From the IMG/VR virus record IMGVR_UViG_3300012927_000002, positions 1 to 52,198 of that record: a DNA stretch of 52,198 nt. One strand, written 5' to 3'. A model generated the notes under the pieces. That model had not been told where the DNA came from. It saw only the letters and a list, made by a program, of their open reading frames with translations, and made no database searches. Position numbers and translations under genes: made by a program. Below, piece by piece: positions 8,986 through 18,883 of the stretch; positions within the stretch are counted from its first letter, which is position 1, and the number at the start of each line of letters is the position of its first letter. This stretch comes from a virus.

Positions 8986-9477
8986 TCAGGGCGCCTTGTT
9001 GGCCAGCGCCTGCAGGGCCTCGGTGAACTTCTCCTCCGTCATGCGAAGGAGCCAGCGCGAGATCCACTCGAACTGCCGGCGCGGCAGCCGGGCGCCGTGA
9101 CCCACGATCGCGCCGGCCTGGTGGGCGAGCCCCCATCGAACGCGGTTGCGGACGATCAGCGAGCGACTCGACACGATGTCCTGTAGCGCCTTCGGCACGC
9201 GGCCGAGGAGCTTGTGCTTCGTGCTGCCGCCGAGCCGGATCGTGCGCTTGCCCTTGAGGCCCTTGACCGTCCGGTTGTAGCGGTTGCGGAGGACCGTGCT
9301 AGCCGCGAGCTGCGGCCACGGGCCATCCGGCGCGCGGTTCGCTGTGTCGTGCTGCCGCTGATCGGCGTTGGCGAACTTGCGTAGCGTCTGAAAAACCGGC
9401 CTGGGATCGAAGCGTGCGATGTGGCGCAGCATCGACAGCGGGCCGGTGATCGTGACGCGGGCCTTGACGTCGATCAC
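8986..9477 (-). CDS. Virion morphogenesis protein (Mu gpG / tail-S-like)
   Basis: 163 aa from GTG 9477 (GTGA overlap). The pattern ...GPWPQLAASTVLRNRYNRT...RWGLAHQAGAIVGHGARLPRRQF resembles the family's W..L and HQ.G motifs. Confidence 0.5.
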   Translation of the reverse strand: MIDVKARVTITGPLSMLRHIARFDPRPVFQTLRKFANADQRQHDTANRAPDGPWPQLAASTVLRNRYNRTVKGLKGKRTIRLGGSTKHKLLGRVPKALQDIVSSRSLIVRNRVRWGLAHQAGAIVGHGARLPRRQFEWISRWLLRMTEEKFTEALQALANKAP

Positions 9478-9926
9478 GCGAAGCCTCGCAGGCGACGACG
9501 CGAGACGATGAGGCTCGGGTCGCGCTCGCCCGTCTTGTCGGTGATGGTGGACGCGGGGCCCGGCGTCGGCTCCTGGCCGAGCGAGATCGTGCCGTCGCCC
9601 ACGCCCTTGAGCCAGGTGCGATCGGTCTTCTCCTGGTCGATGTCGTCTTGGAGGGTCATGCCGTTGTTGCCCTGCTGCCAGCGGCGCAGCATGCGAGCGG
9701 CCCACTGCGCCGACATGTCGGCGACCACGGACGGCACCGGGGACATCGGCACACCGAAGCGGTGCCCGGTGTAGGAGTCGATCGCCGAGTCGGCGTGCCT
9801 GATCGCCTTGGCCACCGTGTTGGCGTCGACTGCGCCACCCAGGAGGCCGTCCTGATCGGACAGCTGGGCGAGCTTTGCGAGCCCGCCCACCGCGACCTGA
9901 ACATCATCCTGGGTGCAGTACGCCAT
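9474..9926 (-). CDS. Head-tail connector, DUF1320 / Mu gp36-like
   Basis: 150 aa. MAYCTQDDVQVAVGGLAKLAQLSDQD...AKAIRHADSAIDSYTGHRFGVPM matches the remembered DUF1320 N-terminal pattern. Confidence 0.6.
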   Translation of the reverse strand: MAYCTQDDVQVAVGGLAKLAQLSDQDGLLGGAVDANTVAKAIRHADSAIDSYTGHRFGVPMSPVPSVVADMSAQWAARMLRRWQQGNNGMTLQDDIDQEKTDRTWLKGVGDGTISLGQEPTPGPASTITDKTGERDPSLIVSRRRLRGFA

Positions 9927-9932
9927 GACAGA

Positions 9933-10496
9933 TCAGCTCTTGTCGCCGCCGAAGTCGTCGTCCTTGCCCTTGGGCGGCGTGATGCCGGTCGCGCGGGCGG
10001 CGTTGAGCCGAGCGGGCTTGCCGTCGCCGGTGTCCTTGGCGTTCATCCGCGCATCGCGAAGCTTCGCGCGCATCTCGTTGACCTCGGCCTGGAGGCGATC
10101 GTTCTCGGCGCGCAGCTTCGCGCCATCGACCTCGCCGCCGGACCGCGCCCCGACCGACAGCGCGGTGTCTTCGAGGATCTCCTCAGCCTGCGCGGGCGTC
10201 ACGCAGGCGTCCACGCCGGACTCGGGGCGGCGGTCCTCCGGGGGCGCGTCGGCCTCGACGACCTCGACGACGGTCCGCCTGTTGGCCTGGAACACGACGC
10301 CGGCGCGCGAGCGCTGCGCGATCCCCACCTGCAGCTGCACGTACAGCCGATCGCCGGGCTTGGGCTCGGGGAGTCCGGCCGCGCGGTTGCGATCGGCGCG
10401 CTTGGCGATCTGGATGAGAACATCCTCGGCGCGGGACCTTTCGACCATCTCCTGTTGTTCCTGGGGGGTCGGGATGTGCAGCTGCAGCAGGCTCAT
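9933..10496 (-). CDS. Hypothetical head-associated protein with a C-terminal coiled coil
   Basis: 187 aa from ATG 10496 (MSLLQLHIPTPQEQQEMV...). It lies downstream of the capsid gene. The upstream part of the track ORF is out of context. Confidence 0.5.
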   Translation of the reverse strand: MSLLQLHIPTPQEQQEMVERSRAEDVLIQIAKRADRNRAAGLPEPKPGDRLYVQLQVGIAQRSRAGVVFQANRRTVVEVVEADAPPEDRRPESGVDACVTPAQAEEILEDTALSVGARSGGEVDGAKLRAENDRLQAEVNEMRAKLRDARMNAKDTGDGKPARLNAARATGITPPKGKDDDFGGDKS

Positions 10497-10570
10497 GGGA
10501 TCTCCGTCAGAGGTTGGGGCTCGTGGGCGTCGGGCGAGGACTCGAACCTCGCCTGTACCGCGGTCCTGGC

Positions 10571-11686
10571 TTACGAGCCGGGGCCGCCGACGATCTCTTG
10601 CGGCAGGCCGTATGCCGCGCCGAACTCGGCCTCGATGCCGTAGAAGAACTTGCCGGTCGAGAACGGCGTGTAACCCTCCTCGACCGACAGGAACTCGACG
10701 CCGCGCTTGATCTGGATGATCACGCTCGTCGACTGCGCCGGGATCAGGAACCACTCGAGCCCGGTCAGGGTGACGTTGGTGCCGAGCACCTTCGTCGTGC
10801 GCGCCGAGATCCACGGCGTCATGACCGGGATCGCCGTGCCGGCGTCGAGGTTCTGCACGAGGCCCGCGCCGATGTCCTGCACCAGGACGTTGCGCACCGC
10901 GATGCGGCTGGCGGGACCGTGAAGCAGCATCATGCCGCTCTTGGCCGCCCACTTCGCGTTGATCGGGATCCCGTTCTCGTTCTTGAGCCCGAGGAACTGG
11001 TTGACCGCGCTCTGGAACACGGCCGCCGAGAACGCCCCGGTGACCTTGTTGCTGTACTGCTGCGCGGCGATTCCAGTGTCCGCCGAGCGGAACGTGTGAT
11101 CGGTGTCGATCAGGTTCTGCCCGTCGTACGTCGCGCCGAGCGCGGTGCCCTGGACGCCGGCCGCGAGCATCGTGATCGCGAGATCATCGAGCGCATCGCC
11201 GTAGGCATCCGCGAGGCCCATGATCTTCGGCGCGTAGAGCCCGAGCATGTCGTTGATCAGATCGCCCTTGGGGATCGAGATCGACGCCTCATGCGGGCGC
11301 GTGACGATCGGCAGGTTCTCCGACGAGATCTCGCTGATCACCTTCGGACCCTCCCACATGCGCATCGTAGGGAGGGCGTTGAGCCAGATCTCGCGGTTGA
11401 GCAGCTTGTCGGTCTGCGCGACCGTCGCGATCTTGCTGTAGATGTGCTCGCCGGCGGTCGCGAGCCGGTTGTTGAGCATCGTGCCGAACCCGACGTAGGC
11501 GATCTCGACCTTGGCCGCGTCGGGCGAGCTGCCTCCCTGACGGATCCCGGTGTTGACCGTCGAGTCGGCGAGCGCGTCGTCCAGACCGCGGCGATCGGCG
11601 TTGAGCATCTTGCCGGTGCGCATGTCCCGACGGAACACGACCCGGCCGCGGGACTGCGCCTCACCGAGGGAGACTGGCTGCAGCAT
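10571..11686 (-). CDS. Major capsid protein, Mu gpT-like
   Basis: 371 aa from ATG 11686 (TGATG junction). ...REIWLNALPTMRMWEGPKVISEIS...FYGIEAEFGAAYGLPQ resembles the gpT head subunit family. Confidence 0.8.
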   Translation of the reverse strand: MLQPVSLGEAQSRGRVVFRRDMRTGKMLNADRRGLDDALADSTVNTGIRQGGSSPDAAKVEIAYVGFGTMLNNRLATAGEHIYSKIATVAQTDKLLNREIWLNALPTMRMWEGPKVISEISSENLPIVTRPHEASISIPKGDLINDMLGLYAPKIMGLADAYGDALDDLAITMLAAGVQGTALGATYDGQNLIDTDHTFRSADTGIAAQQYSNKVTGAFSAAVFQSAVNQFLGLKNENGIPINAKWAAKSGMMLLHGPASRIAVRNVLVQDIGAGLVQNLDAGTAIPVMTPWISARTTKVLGTNVTLTGLEWFLIPAQSTSVIIQIKRGVEFLSVEEGYTPFSTGKFFYGIEAEFGAAYGLPQEIVGGPGS

Positions 11687-12111
11687 CAGGTTGCTCCGAT
11701 CTTGCCGCCGAGCATGGCGACGAGGACACCGTCCACGGAATCGACCGCATCGATGAAGCCCGCGATGATGTCGTTGGTGGTGGTGGCGGCCTTCGAGACC
11801 GTCTGGTTGTCGAGGATGGTGCACGAGCCGCCGATGTCGGCCGCCGTGATGGTCCCGTCGTTGGCGAACCAGAACCGGCCCCGCTTCACCGGGCACTTGG
11901 TGTGCCCGAGCAGCGTATCGACCGCCTGCATGGAGACGCCCATGCAGATGCCGTTGGCCGTGTCGGCGCCGTTGAGCGCGGTGCCGGTGCCGGCCACCAC
12001 CATGACGATGACCCCCTTCGGGATCGCGGTCGACGCGGTGAGCGGGATCGGGGGGAGAACCGTCTCGAAGTAGGTCTCCTTGGTGTTGCGGTCGCGTGTG
12101 GTTGCGGTCAT
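11686..12111 (-). CDS. Head decoration/cement-like protein (DUF2190-like)
   Basis: 141 aa between the scaffold and capsid genes. It is Gly/Ala/Thr-rich and beta-type, and its size and position fit DUF2190. Confidence 0.45.
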   Translation of the reverse strand: MTATTRDRNTKETYFETVLPPIPLTASTAIPKGVIVMVVAGTGTALNGADTANGICMGVSMQAVDTLLGHTKCPVKRGRFWFANDGTITAADIGGSCTILDNQTVSKAATTTNDIIAGFIDAVDSVDGVLVAMLGGKIGAT

Positions 12112-12114
12112 GAC

Positions 12115-13470
12115 CTAGACCCCGATCCGTGCCGCGTTCGCGCGGAACTGCTCGACGGTGATGCCCAGCTGGGCGCAGGTGGCGGCGATCTGCGAGTCAT
12201 CGACGCCCTCGAGCGCCGAGACCGGGCCGGTGAGCCGCTTGGGCTCGGTGATGTCGGCCGTCAGCTGGCGCTGACCGACGGGAATCGCGACGCGCATCGC
12301 GGTGATCTTGGCCTTGAGGGCGTCGACGCCGGCGGCCTTGCCGAAGTCGCGCAGCATCGACTCGAGAGCGTCGGGAGTGTTCGCGCCCTTCTCGTCCTTG
12401 CCGTAGCCGAGCTTGCCGGCCGTGTAGGCGTCCGAGATCACCTGGCTGAGCGCGGTCTCGCCGGCCACGGCGGCGATCGCCTTCGCCGCGGCGAGCTCCG
12501 TGGTCAGGCGGGTAACGTCCGCCGTGAGGCGCGTGTTCTCCGTGCGGGCGATGCCCGCATCGGTCTCCGCGGAGAGCGCTCGCGCGCGCAGGCCCTCCGC
12601 AGCAGTGACCGCCGCCGGCTCGTCGGCGTCGGTCAGCGCGGCGAGTCCGAGGACTGCCGCAAGTCGGATGAGGGCCATCTTCTGCTCCTTGATTCGTGTC
12701 GGGTGTAGGTGAAGTTCGGCGGAGAGGGCGGCTCGGTAGTCTTCGATGTGCGTCCCATCCACAGCGGGGACGTTGACAGCGGAAAGCTCCTTGCCCCGGA
12801 TCGATTGGTACTCGTATTGAACGATTTGCGTCTTGCCGTCAATCTCGACCGCATCGAGCGGCCAGCATCGGCAGCTCTCGCTCGAGGTCACGTCGGAGCC
12901 GTGGACCGTGCACAGGACCGGCCCGGTCGAGAACCAGCCGATCGAGAACCGGTCGAGCGTGCCGTCGAGGTACGAGATCACGGCATCGGGCTTCACGAGC
13001 GAGAAGCCCATAAAGATCGCCGCGGCGCCCTTGGCGTCGGTCCCGTGCTCGGCGGTGAGGATCGTCCCCTTGCGGGCTTCCTGCTCGTAGGTGTTGTGAT
13101 CGACCAGGAACGGCCGCCCCTTCCAGCTCGAGGCGCCGTTGGCCAGCGCTTCCGCCGAGAACCGCAGGCCGCGGTGGTTCCGCTTGCCGGCGACCTGGCG
13201 GTAGGCAAGCGCCCGCTTGATGACGATCTCGAGGTGCTTGCCGTCGCGCAGCGCCTGGATCATCTCGAGCCGGTGGGCGTTCGTGTCGGGTCCTCCGCCG
13301 GCCTTGAGCTCGCGGGTCGGCGCGCCGTTGCCGTGGACCTCGACGTCCGACAGCAGCGTGATGGACCCGTCGTTGAGGCGCTCGATCAGCGGCTCGTCGT
13401 CGCCGCGGTGAGCGACGAAGCGAAGATCGCCCTCGAGACGGCGCGGATCGGGTGCGGCTGACAGCTTCAT
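12115..13470 (-). CDS. Prohead protease / scaffold fusion (Mu gpI/Z-like arrangement)
   Basis: 451 aa. The N-terminal half (...GRPFLVDHNTYEQEARKGTIL...) looks like a prohead protease. The C-terminal half is an Ala-rich coiled coil typical of scaffolds. Confidence 0.55.
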   Translation of the reverse strand: MKLSAAPDPRRLEGDLRFVAHRGDDEPLIERLNDGSITLLSDVEVHGNGAPTRELKAGGGPDTNAHRLEMIQALRDGKHLEIVIKRALAYRQVAGKRNHRGLRFSAEALANGASSWKGRPFLVDHNTYEQEARKGTILTAEHGTDAKGAAAIFMGFSLVKPDAVISYLDGTLDRFSIGWFSTGPVLCTVHGSDVTSSESCRCWPLDAVEIDGKTQIVQYEYQSIRGKELSAVNVPAVDGTHIEDYRAALSAELHLHPTRIKEQKMALIRLAAVLGLAALTDADEPAAVTAAEGLRARALSAETDAGIARTENTRLTADVTRLTTELAAAKAIAAVAGETALSQVISDAYTAGKLGYGKDEKGANTPDALESMLRDFGKAAGVDALKAKITAMRVAIPVGQRQLTADITEPKRLTGPVSALEGVDDSQIAATCAQLGITVEQFRANAARIGV

Positions 13471-14795
13471 TTCTTCTTGTCCTCTCGAGCATGGCCCGGG
13501 TCAGGCGGGGGAGTCGGCAGGAACTTGACGCCCTTGCCAGGCATCGGGACGCGCAGCGAAAAGTCTTCGTAGATCTGGTCCGAATCGAGCTCGATGGCCT
13601 GGCCGAGGATCTCGAGGGTCTGCGCCCACTGGAGGGCGTCGCGCTTGATCTTGATCTTGAGCCGCGGCGGCGCCGCGCGGTCGTAGCCGTTCCAGGCCAC
13701 GAACGTCCGGCCGATGTCCCTGACGAACATCTCCTGGACGCATTGCGCATCGAAGCACAGCATCTGGTAGCCGCGGCTCTCGTGCACGCTGGCCGCGTTG
13801 TAGCTGCCCACGTCCGCCACGTCGGAGTTGAGCGTGCCGCCGGTGAGGAGTTTGGCGATCTGGTCCTCGCAGAGCTTGATCATCTGCGGGAATACCGTGC
13901 TCGAGTCTCCGCCGCGCGAGGTCTCCTTGACCACTAGCTCGGTGAGCGACGACAGCACGGCCCAGCCGTCCTGACCGATCGCGCGCACCGCGTCCTCGAG
14001 CGCCTCCTTGGACTTCGGGCCGGCGCCCTCCTCGTAGTAGCCGATGGCCATCGGGATGCCGAACATCGCCGCGAACACCTGCCAGTCGCGGACCGACCAC
14101 CGCTTGAACATCGACCACACCGAGCAGCTCCGCATGAGCCCGCCGGCGTAGGGGTTACGGCTCAGGATGTTGCGGTAGATGCTGGTGCCCCACAGACCCG
14201 GCACCAGCTCGATCAGGGTCGAGCCCCCGGTGGCGCCGTCAACCAGCCAGATCTCGTTGGCGCGCTCGGCGGTGGGCGCCGCGAACCGGCGCGAGGCCGG
14301 GTTCACGAAGTCGATCGGGACGATGACGCCCTCCTCAAAATCCCATACGAAGTTCGTCATCGCCATCCCGTAGTGCACGCACGTCAGCTGGTGCGTCAGG
14401 AACGCGCGAAACTCGATCTGGTTCTGGAGGCGCTCGTTGAGCGCGCCGGCCGCGAGCTCGCTCGGCTTGTCGGAGCGCCCCGGCATCACCACCCAGTCGC
14501 AGCCGGCCACCGATTCGATCCGGCCGTTCACCTTCGAGCGGAGGTCGGGGTCCATCTCGATGACGTCGTGGAAGCAGTCGAACTGGCGCAGCGGCTGGCC
14601 GCGCTCGGCCATCCGGTAGTACGAGAGCAGGTTCTCGAGCGTCAGCTCGAACGCGGGGTGCGTGTTGTAGGTCTCCATCCCGCGCGCGCTGCGATCGGCC
14701 ACGATGCGGCGAGCCGTCGGGATCTCGCGGCCGTGCTCATCGAGCAGCAGGGCGGGGCGGCGCAGGTTCGGCCGGGTCGTGAGAGCGGTGGTCAC
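13467..14795 (-). CDS. Portal protein, DUF935 / Mu gp29-like
   Basis: 442 aa, GTG 14795 with a GTGA overlap to terL. ...FHDVIEMDPDLRSKVNGRIESVAGCDWVVMPG... fits the remembered DUF935 portal pattern. Confidence 0.75.
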   Translation of the reverse strand: MTTALTTRPNLRRPALLLDEHGREIPTARRIVADRSARGMETYNTHPAFELTLENLLSYYRMAERGQPLRQFDCFHDVIEMDPDLRSKVNGRIESVAGCDWVVMPGRSDKPSELAAGALNERLQNQIEFRAFLTHQLTCVHYGMAMTNFVWDFEEGVIVPIDFVNPASRRFAAPTAERANEIWLVDGATGGSTLIELVPGLWGTSIYRNILSRNPYAGGLMRSCSVWSMFKRWSVRDWQVFAAMFGIPMAIGYYEEGAGPKSKEALEDAVRAIGQDGWAVLSSLTELVVKETSRGGDSSTVFPQMIKLCEDQIAKLLTGGTLNSDVADVGSYNAASVHESRGYQMLCFDAQCVQEMFVRDIGRTFVAWNGYDRAAPPRLKIKIKRDALQWAQTLEILGQAIELDSDQIYEDFSLRVPMPGKGVKFLPTPPPDPGHAREDKKK

Positions 14796-16582
14796 AGGCC
14801 CCGGTTCCGACGTGCGGCCCGCGGCCGGCGAACGTCCCGGGCGGCCGACGCGGTCTCCGGATCGGGCCGGTCCACGCGCTGCTTCACGTCTTCCATGGGA
14901 CCCGGGTTATCAGATCGCAGGATTCGCGGGAAGAGGCGGATCAGCGGGTAGGAGATGCCGTCGCCGAGGTGGGCCACGTCCTGCGAGCGGCTCGGCTTGC
15001 CGTTGACCACCTTCCACTCGCGGATCGCGCGGCACGTCTTCGGCGCCCGATCGCGGTCGGCGAACAGCCGGCGCACGCCAAACCGGTTCGAGATCATCGA
15101 CGTGAACGCGCGCACGCGATCCTGGATGCCCGGGTTCTTGCCGGTGTTGCGCGGGTTCGGCGAGACGATCCGCCGGAAGCCGCACCCCATGATGATGTCG
15201 AACGAGCCGAGCCCCTCCCATTCCGGCGGCGGCGCCTCGGCGGAGGTTCGCCGGCTGTGCTGCCACTTGCCCGACGCGTCGCAGACGATCAGCGAGGTCG
15301 CGCGGCTGTGCCCGCCCTGGTCGAGCGTATGGCACCACTCGGCCTCGTCGCCGCCCTCGAGCACGGCCTCGTCAACGATCCACGCGAGCACGTTGTCGCG
15401 GCGCGGAACCTGCTCGGGCTTGGCGAAGAACTTGTAGATCGGCCCGCCGATGTACGGGTGACGCTGGACGTCGAGCCCAATCAGCTGGGTGATGCCCTCG
15501 CCGAGCTCCTCGTTCTCGAGAAACTCGGTCGTGACGTCGACGAGCCCGGTCCGCGGGCACGGGATCTGGCGGTTCGAGTTTCCGTCGACGAAGATCGGGC
15601 TCGGCGTGGCCTTCTCGTTCTCTTTGCGCAGCCAGTTGTACGCCACGGAGTCGATGGCGGGCATGAACATGCCCAGCACTTCGATCTGGAACGTCCGATC
15701 GTCGACCTCGGCGCCGATCGAGAGCAGCGCGCGCCGGTCCACGTGCGGGTTGTTGAGCGGGTTGAAGTTGATGTGCACGCTCGCGCGGCGTTTCGCGTCC
15801 GTGTCGGCGGCGAAGTCCGAGACCCACTGCTGGTCCTTCGCCTCCACCGGCGGGTTCGCGCAGCACAGGACGAGCCCGCTCTTGTCCGAGACGGCGCCGC
15901 GCGCCACCACGTACACGCGCTTGACCATCTTCTGCGCCTCGTTCATCCAGATCAGATCGGCCTGCCCCTCCTTGATCGCGTCCGGATCGGCGCCGACGTG
16001 GGCGCTCTTGAGCATGATCACCGAGCCGTTGACCATCTCCCAGCCGGTGGCCACGGTCTGGCGCTGGATCCACTCGGGCGCGAGGAGATCCTTCATGTAC
16101 CGCCGGATCTCGTCGGCCTTCGTGTCGTCGCGCCCGCGGCTCGGCGACAGCGCCCACGTGATCGCGTTCGGGAACTCCACGGCGTACGCGGCGACCGCGG
16201 CGGCGGCCCACCAGGTCTTGCCGCCGCGGCGCCCGCCGGCCATCAGGGCGGAATAGACGCAGGACGGATCGGTGTCGATCTCGTCCGCCTCGAGATCGGT
16301 CGGCGGTGGTAGCGGCTCGTTGCGGCGGTGCTTGTGGACCGCGAGCCAGCCGGCGTACCAGCGCGTCGCCTCCTCCTGGCCGGGGTGGATCCGAACGACC
16401 ACGCGGCTCTGCGCGGAGTCCGCGTCGCCCTCGTACTCGCGCATGCGCAGGTTCCACCGACCGCCGACCGCCAGCAAGATCTTGCCGTCGAGCTCGAAGT
16501 CGATCCGCATGTCGACGTACGAAGACCCGTCGACGTCCTCGCGCCGGCGGGTCTCGTCGCTATAGGAGGACTTTCTACCCAT
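14792..16582 (-). CDS. terL: Terminase large subunit
   Basis: 596 aa. Walker A-like AGGRRGGKTW, Walker B-like ADLIWMNEA, and a C-terminal nuclease-like region (LIVCDASGKW...). It lies upstream of the portal gene. Confidence 0.85.
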   Translation of the reverse strand: MGRKSSYSDETRRREDVDGSSYVDMRIDFELDGKILLAVGGRWNLRMREYEGDADSAQSRVVVRIHPGQEEATRWYAGWLAVHKHRRNEPLPPPTDLEADEIDTDPSCVYSALMAGGRRGGKTWWAAAAVAAYAVEFPNAITWALSPSRGRDDTKADEIRRYMKDLLAPEWIQRQTVATGWEMVNGSVIMLKSAHVGADPDAIKEGQADLIWMNEAQKMVKRVYVVARGAVSDKSGLVLCCANPPVEAKDQQWVSDFAADTDAKRRASVHINFNPLNNPHVDRRALLSIGAEVDDRTFQIEVLGMFMPAIDSVAYNWLRKENEKATPSPIFVDGNSNRQIPCPRTGLVDVTTEFLENEELGEGITQLIGLDVQRHPYIGGPIYKFFAKPEQVPRRDNVLAWIVDEAVLEGGDEAEWCHTLDQGGHSRATSLIVCDASGKWQHSRRTSAEAPPPEWEGLGSFDIIMGCGFRRIVSPNPRNTGKNPGIQDRVRAFTSMISNRFGVRRLFADRDRAPKTCRAIREWKVVNGKPSRSQDVAHLGDGISYPLIRLFPRILRSDNPGPMEDVKQRVDRPDPETASAARDVRRPRAARRNRGL

Positions 16583-17039
16583 CGCGGCGGATCGGGATCA
16601 CCTTGGCAGATCCCGCGGGCGGCGCGGCCTCGAGCTTGGCGCCCGCCTTGTTCCGCGCCTTCCGCTGATCCCGGTCGGCTCTGTCGGCGTCGATCTTCTT
16701 GCTCAGATCGTAGCGCGCGGCCTCGGGGTAGTGCTTGGCGGCGGCGGTCTGCAGCTTCGCCGCGCGCGCCATGCGTTGTTCCTGGGAGATGGTGCGATCT
16801 TTCATCACCTCCCACGCCATGATGGTCAGGGCCTGGTAGTTCCACTTCTGGATCGCGGCGGCGTCGGCCGGCGGCGGGCCGAGCGCGATGAGCGCCTTCG
16901 GAGGCTTCGAGCCTTGCTTCTCGGGAGCGCCGTCTCCGAAGTCGACCGGCGGGATCTCATCCAACAATGGATCGAGGCCGAAGCTCTCATCCGCCAGCGC
17001 CGCGCGCCGCGCCTTCTCCCTATTCGTGAGCCGAGACAT
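16575..17039 (-). CDS. Putative terminase small subunit
   Basis: 154 aa from ATG 17039 (MSRLTNREKARRAAL...). It is basic and helical and lies immediately upstream, overlapping terL by 8 nt. The call rests on position only. Confidence 0.45.
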   Translation of the reverse strand: MSRLTNREKARRAALADESFGLDPLLDEIPPVDFGDGAPEKQGSKPPKALIALGPPPADAAAIQKWNYQALTIMAWEVMKDRTISQEQRMARAAKLQTAAAKHYPEAARYDLSKKIDADRADRDQRKARNKAGAKLEAAPPAGSAKVIPIRRDG

Positions 17040-17271
17040 CCGGCGATGATGCTTCCGGTGACCCCCACTCGGCAAGCCCCTCCGCATACGCCGCGACCCG
17101 CTTGAGGTCCGCGGGGGACAGAGCTTCGATGATCCGGTTGAGCCGCTGGAGGTCGCGAAGCGAGATCTGGCAGCTCAACCGCCAGAGCTTGCAGCGCTCG
17201 GCGTAGAGGTCGAGCGCCGGCTTCATCGACGCGTCCGCCTTGGCGATCGCTGCCACCTGCATCTCGGTCAT
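17020..17271 (-). CDS. Hypothetical protein
   Basis: 83 aa from ATG 17271 (ATGA overlap), MTEMQVAAIAKADASMKPALDLYAERCKLW... Confidence 0.45.
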   Translation of the reverse strand: MTEMQVAAIAKADASMKPALDLYAERCKLWRLSCQISLRDLQRLNRIIEALSPADLKRVAAYAEGLAEWGSPEASSPDVSAHE

Positions 17272-17429
17272 GCGAGCAACGTCTTCTTGCTCGCGGTCAC
17301 CATGGCCATCGCGATCACCCGAACCGTGTCGCCGGGCCTGGCTGGCGCATCGGAGCCATCGAGCTCGTCGGCGGCTGCGAGCAACTCGACCCCGAATTGC
17401 CGGATGAACGAGATCATGATGCTGATCAT
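17268..17429 (-). CDS. Hypothetical small protein (53 aa; below the track cutoff)
   Basis: Hand-translated as MISIMISFIRQFGVELLAAADELDG.... ATGA overlaps at both ends fit the operon's coupling pattern. Confidence 0.35.
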   Translation of the reverse strand: MISIMISFIRQFGVELLAAADELDGSDAPARPGDTVRVIAMAMVTASKKTLLA

Positions 17430-17722
17430 AGGCCCTTGTTTCTTCGTGGCGAGCGTTTCTGGTTGGCGGTGTAGGCGCGCATCTCGGCGGAGAGCCGCTC
17501 GCGGCGTGCCTGGTTCTGGTAGTCCTCGCAGCGCTCGGCGTGCACGCGGCGGGCGAAATCCGTCTTGCTGGCCATCTCCAGCCGCGGCAGATCACTTCCG
17601 TCTCCTGTCCGCTGGCGAACCCGCACGACGCTGATCAGCTCAGGATCGGTGGCGACGAGCTGGCCTCCGATGTTCGCCATCAAGATAGTCCGGTGACACT
17701 CCTGACAAGTCGACTTAGCCAT
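17426..17722 (-). CDS. Hypothetical protein with Cys/His residues (CQECH ... HAERC)
   Basis: 98 aa ORF in the operon frame. It may bind zinc. Confidence 0.5.
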   Translation of the reverse strand: MAKSTCQECHRTILMANIGGQLVATDPELISVVRVRQRTGDGSDLPRLEMASKTDFARRVHAERCEDYQNQARRERLSAEMRAYTANQKRSPRRNKGL

Positions 17723-17754
17723 CCGGTGACCTCCGATCGCGCCAGCGTACTACG

Positions 17755-18177
17755 TCAGTGCGACCCGGAGCCAAATTCGTCGTCGTCATCCAGATCGATC
17801 GGCTCCTGCATCTCCGCCGTGGTGGCGGTCCGCGTTCCGGGCAAGATCTCGCCCGTGTCGGGCCGGATGGTGACGACCTCATTGGTCTTCGTCAGCCAGT
17901 CCTGAACCGCGACATCGACGCTGGCCTGGCGCGTCTCCGCCGTGTAGTGCGAGACGGCGATCCGGCGGTCGAGCGCGTCTGACTGCCCCTTGATCTCGCT
18001 CTTCACCGCCTTGAGCCGAGCCTTGAGCGCCTCCTTCTGCGACAGCAGCCTGCAGACCTCCGCTCGGGCCTCGGCTACCTCCTGATCGCCCTGCGCAACC
18101 GTCATCGTCTCGATCCGGTCCGACAGCTTGCGCACGTAGTGGGATGTTTTGTCTGACATGTGGTCTCCTGTGGTCAA
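17755..18177 (-). CDS. Hypothetical coiled-coil protein with an acidic C-terminal tail (DLDDDDEFGSGSH)
   Basis: 140 aa. An alternative start is MSDKTSH at 18159. Function unknown. Confidence 0.5.
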   Translation of the reverse strand: MTTGDHMSDKTSHYVRKLSDRIETMTVAQGDQEVAEARAEVCRLLSQKEALKARLKAVKSEIKGQSDALDRRIAVSHYTAETRQASVDVAVQDWLTKTNEVVTIRPDTGEILPGTRTATTAEMQEPIDLDDDDEFGSGSH

Positions 18178-18620
18178 ATCAGCCCGCCGGCGACGGTTCG
18201 GTGGACGGGATCGTTGTAGTCGACGCCGCGCTCGCCGGCGTGAGCGTCGTCATCGGCTCGCGCGCGCGTCACATCCACGGTCAGGACGCCGACGCACGAC
18301 GGATACGGGATCGGGTCGTGGGTCTCGCGATCGGTGAAGTCGTCGAACAGCCCGAGGAACGTGGTGTCCGGGCGTTGCTTCCTGGTCCGCCGCGGCATGT
18401 GCCACAGGATCCGACCGCGATCGCCGTTGCCGAGCGTGACGACCTCGCCGGGATCCCGGTCGGCCAGGGTCGTTGAGCAGTCGAACGCGGGGGCGCCGGC
18501 GGCCCACGTGGTCCCGATGCCATCGCACGCGGCGCAGCGAAGCCACGCGTGCGGAGCGGGAGCTGGGTGGATATAGCAGCCGCCGTGGCAGACCGGGCAT
18601 TGGACGCGGACGGCGGTCAA
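18174..18620 (-). CDS. Hypothetical protein with DnaJ-type CxxCxGxG zinc-finger motifs
   Basis: About 148 aa from TTG 18620 (overlaps the upstream stop). It carries CPVCHGGC and CAACDGIG. Confidence 0.45.
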   Translation of the reverse strand: MTAVRVQCPVCHGGCYIHPAPAPHAWLRCAACDGIGTTWAAGAPAFDCSTTLADRDPGEVVTLGNGDRGRILWHMPRRTRKQRPDTTFLGLFDDFTDRETHDPIPYPSCVGVLTVDVTRARADDDAHAGERGVDYNDPVHRTVAGGLI

Positions 18621-18883
18621 ACCAGCCGCCGGAACCGTTCGAGACCTCCAAGATTTGGAAATCTTCCGATGATGACCCTTGCGTGCAGAAGGCAGACCCG
18701 GATCGGCGGAACCGGTCCCCCGATCAGCTGCATCGTTGAGATCTCCCGGCATTCACCGGGCTGTGCGTCGTTGCCGTATCGCGTGAAATACTCACACCCC
18801 GCTAAGGTAAGCGCGCACGGAGCGCATAGGACGAGCGGCGCCTCCTTCGGACGCGGACCGCAGCGATCGCAGAAGTCAGGCAT
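18617..18883 (-). CDS. Cys-rich small protein (zinc-ribbon-like)
   Basis: 88 aa from ATG 18883: MPDFCDRCGPRPKEAPLVLCAPCALTLAGCEYF... Confidence 0.45.
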   Translation of the reverse strand: MPDFCDRCGPRPKEAPLVLCAPCALTLAGCEYFTRYGNDAQPGECREISTMQLIGGPVPPIRVCLLHARVIIGRFPNLGGLERFRRLV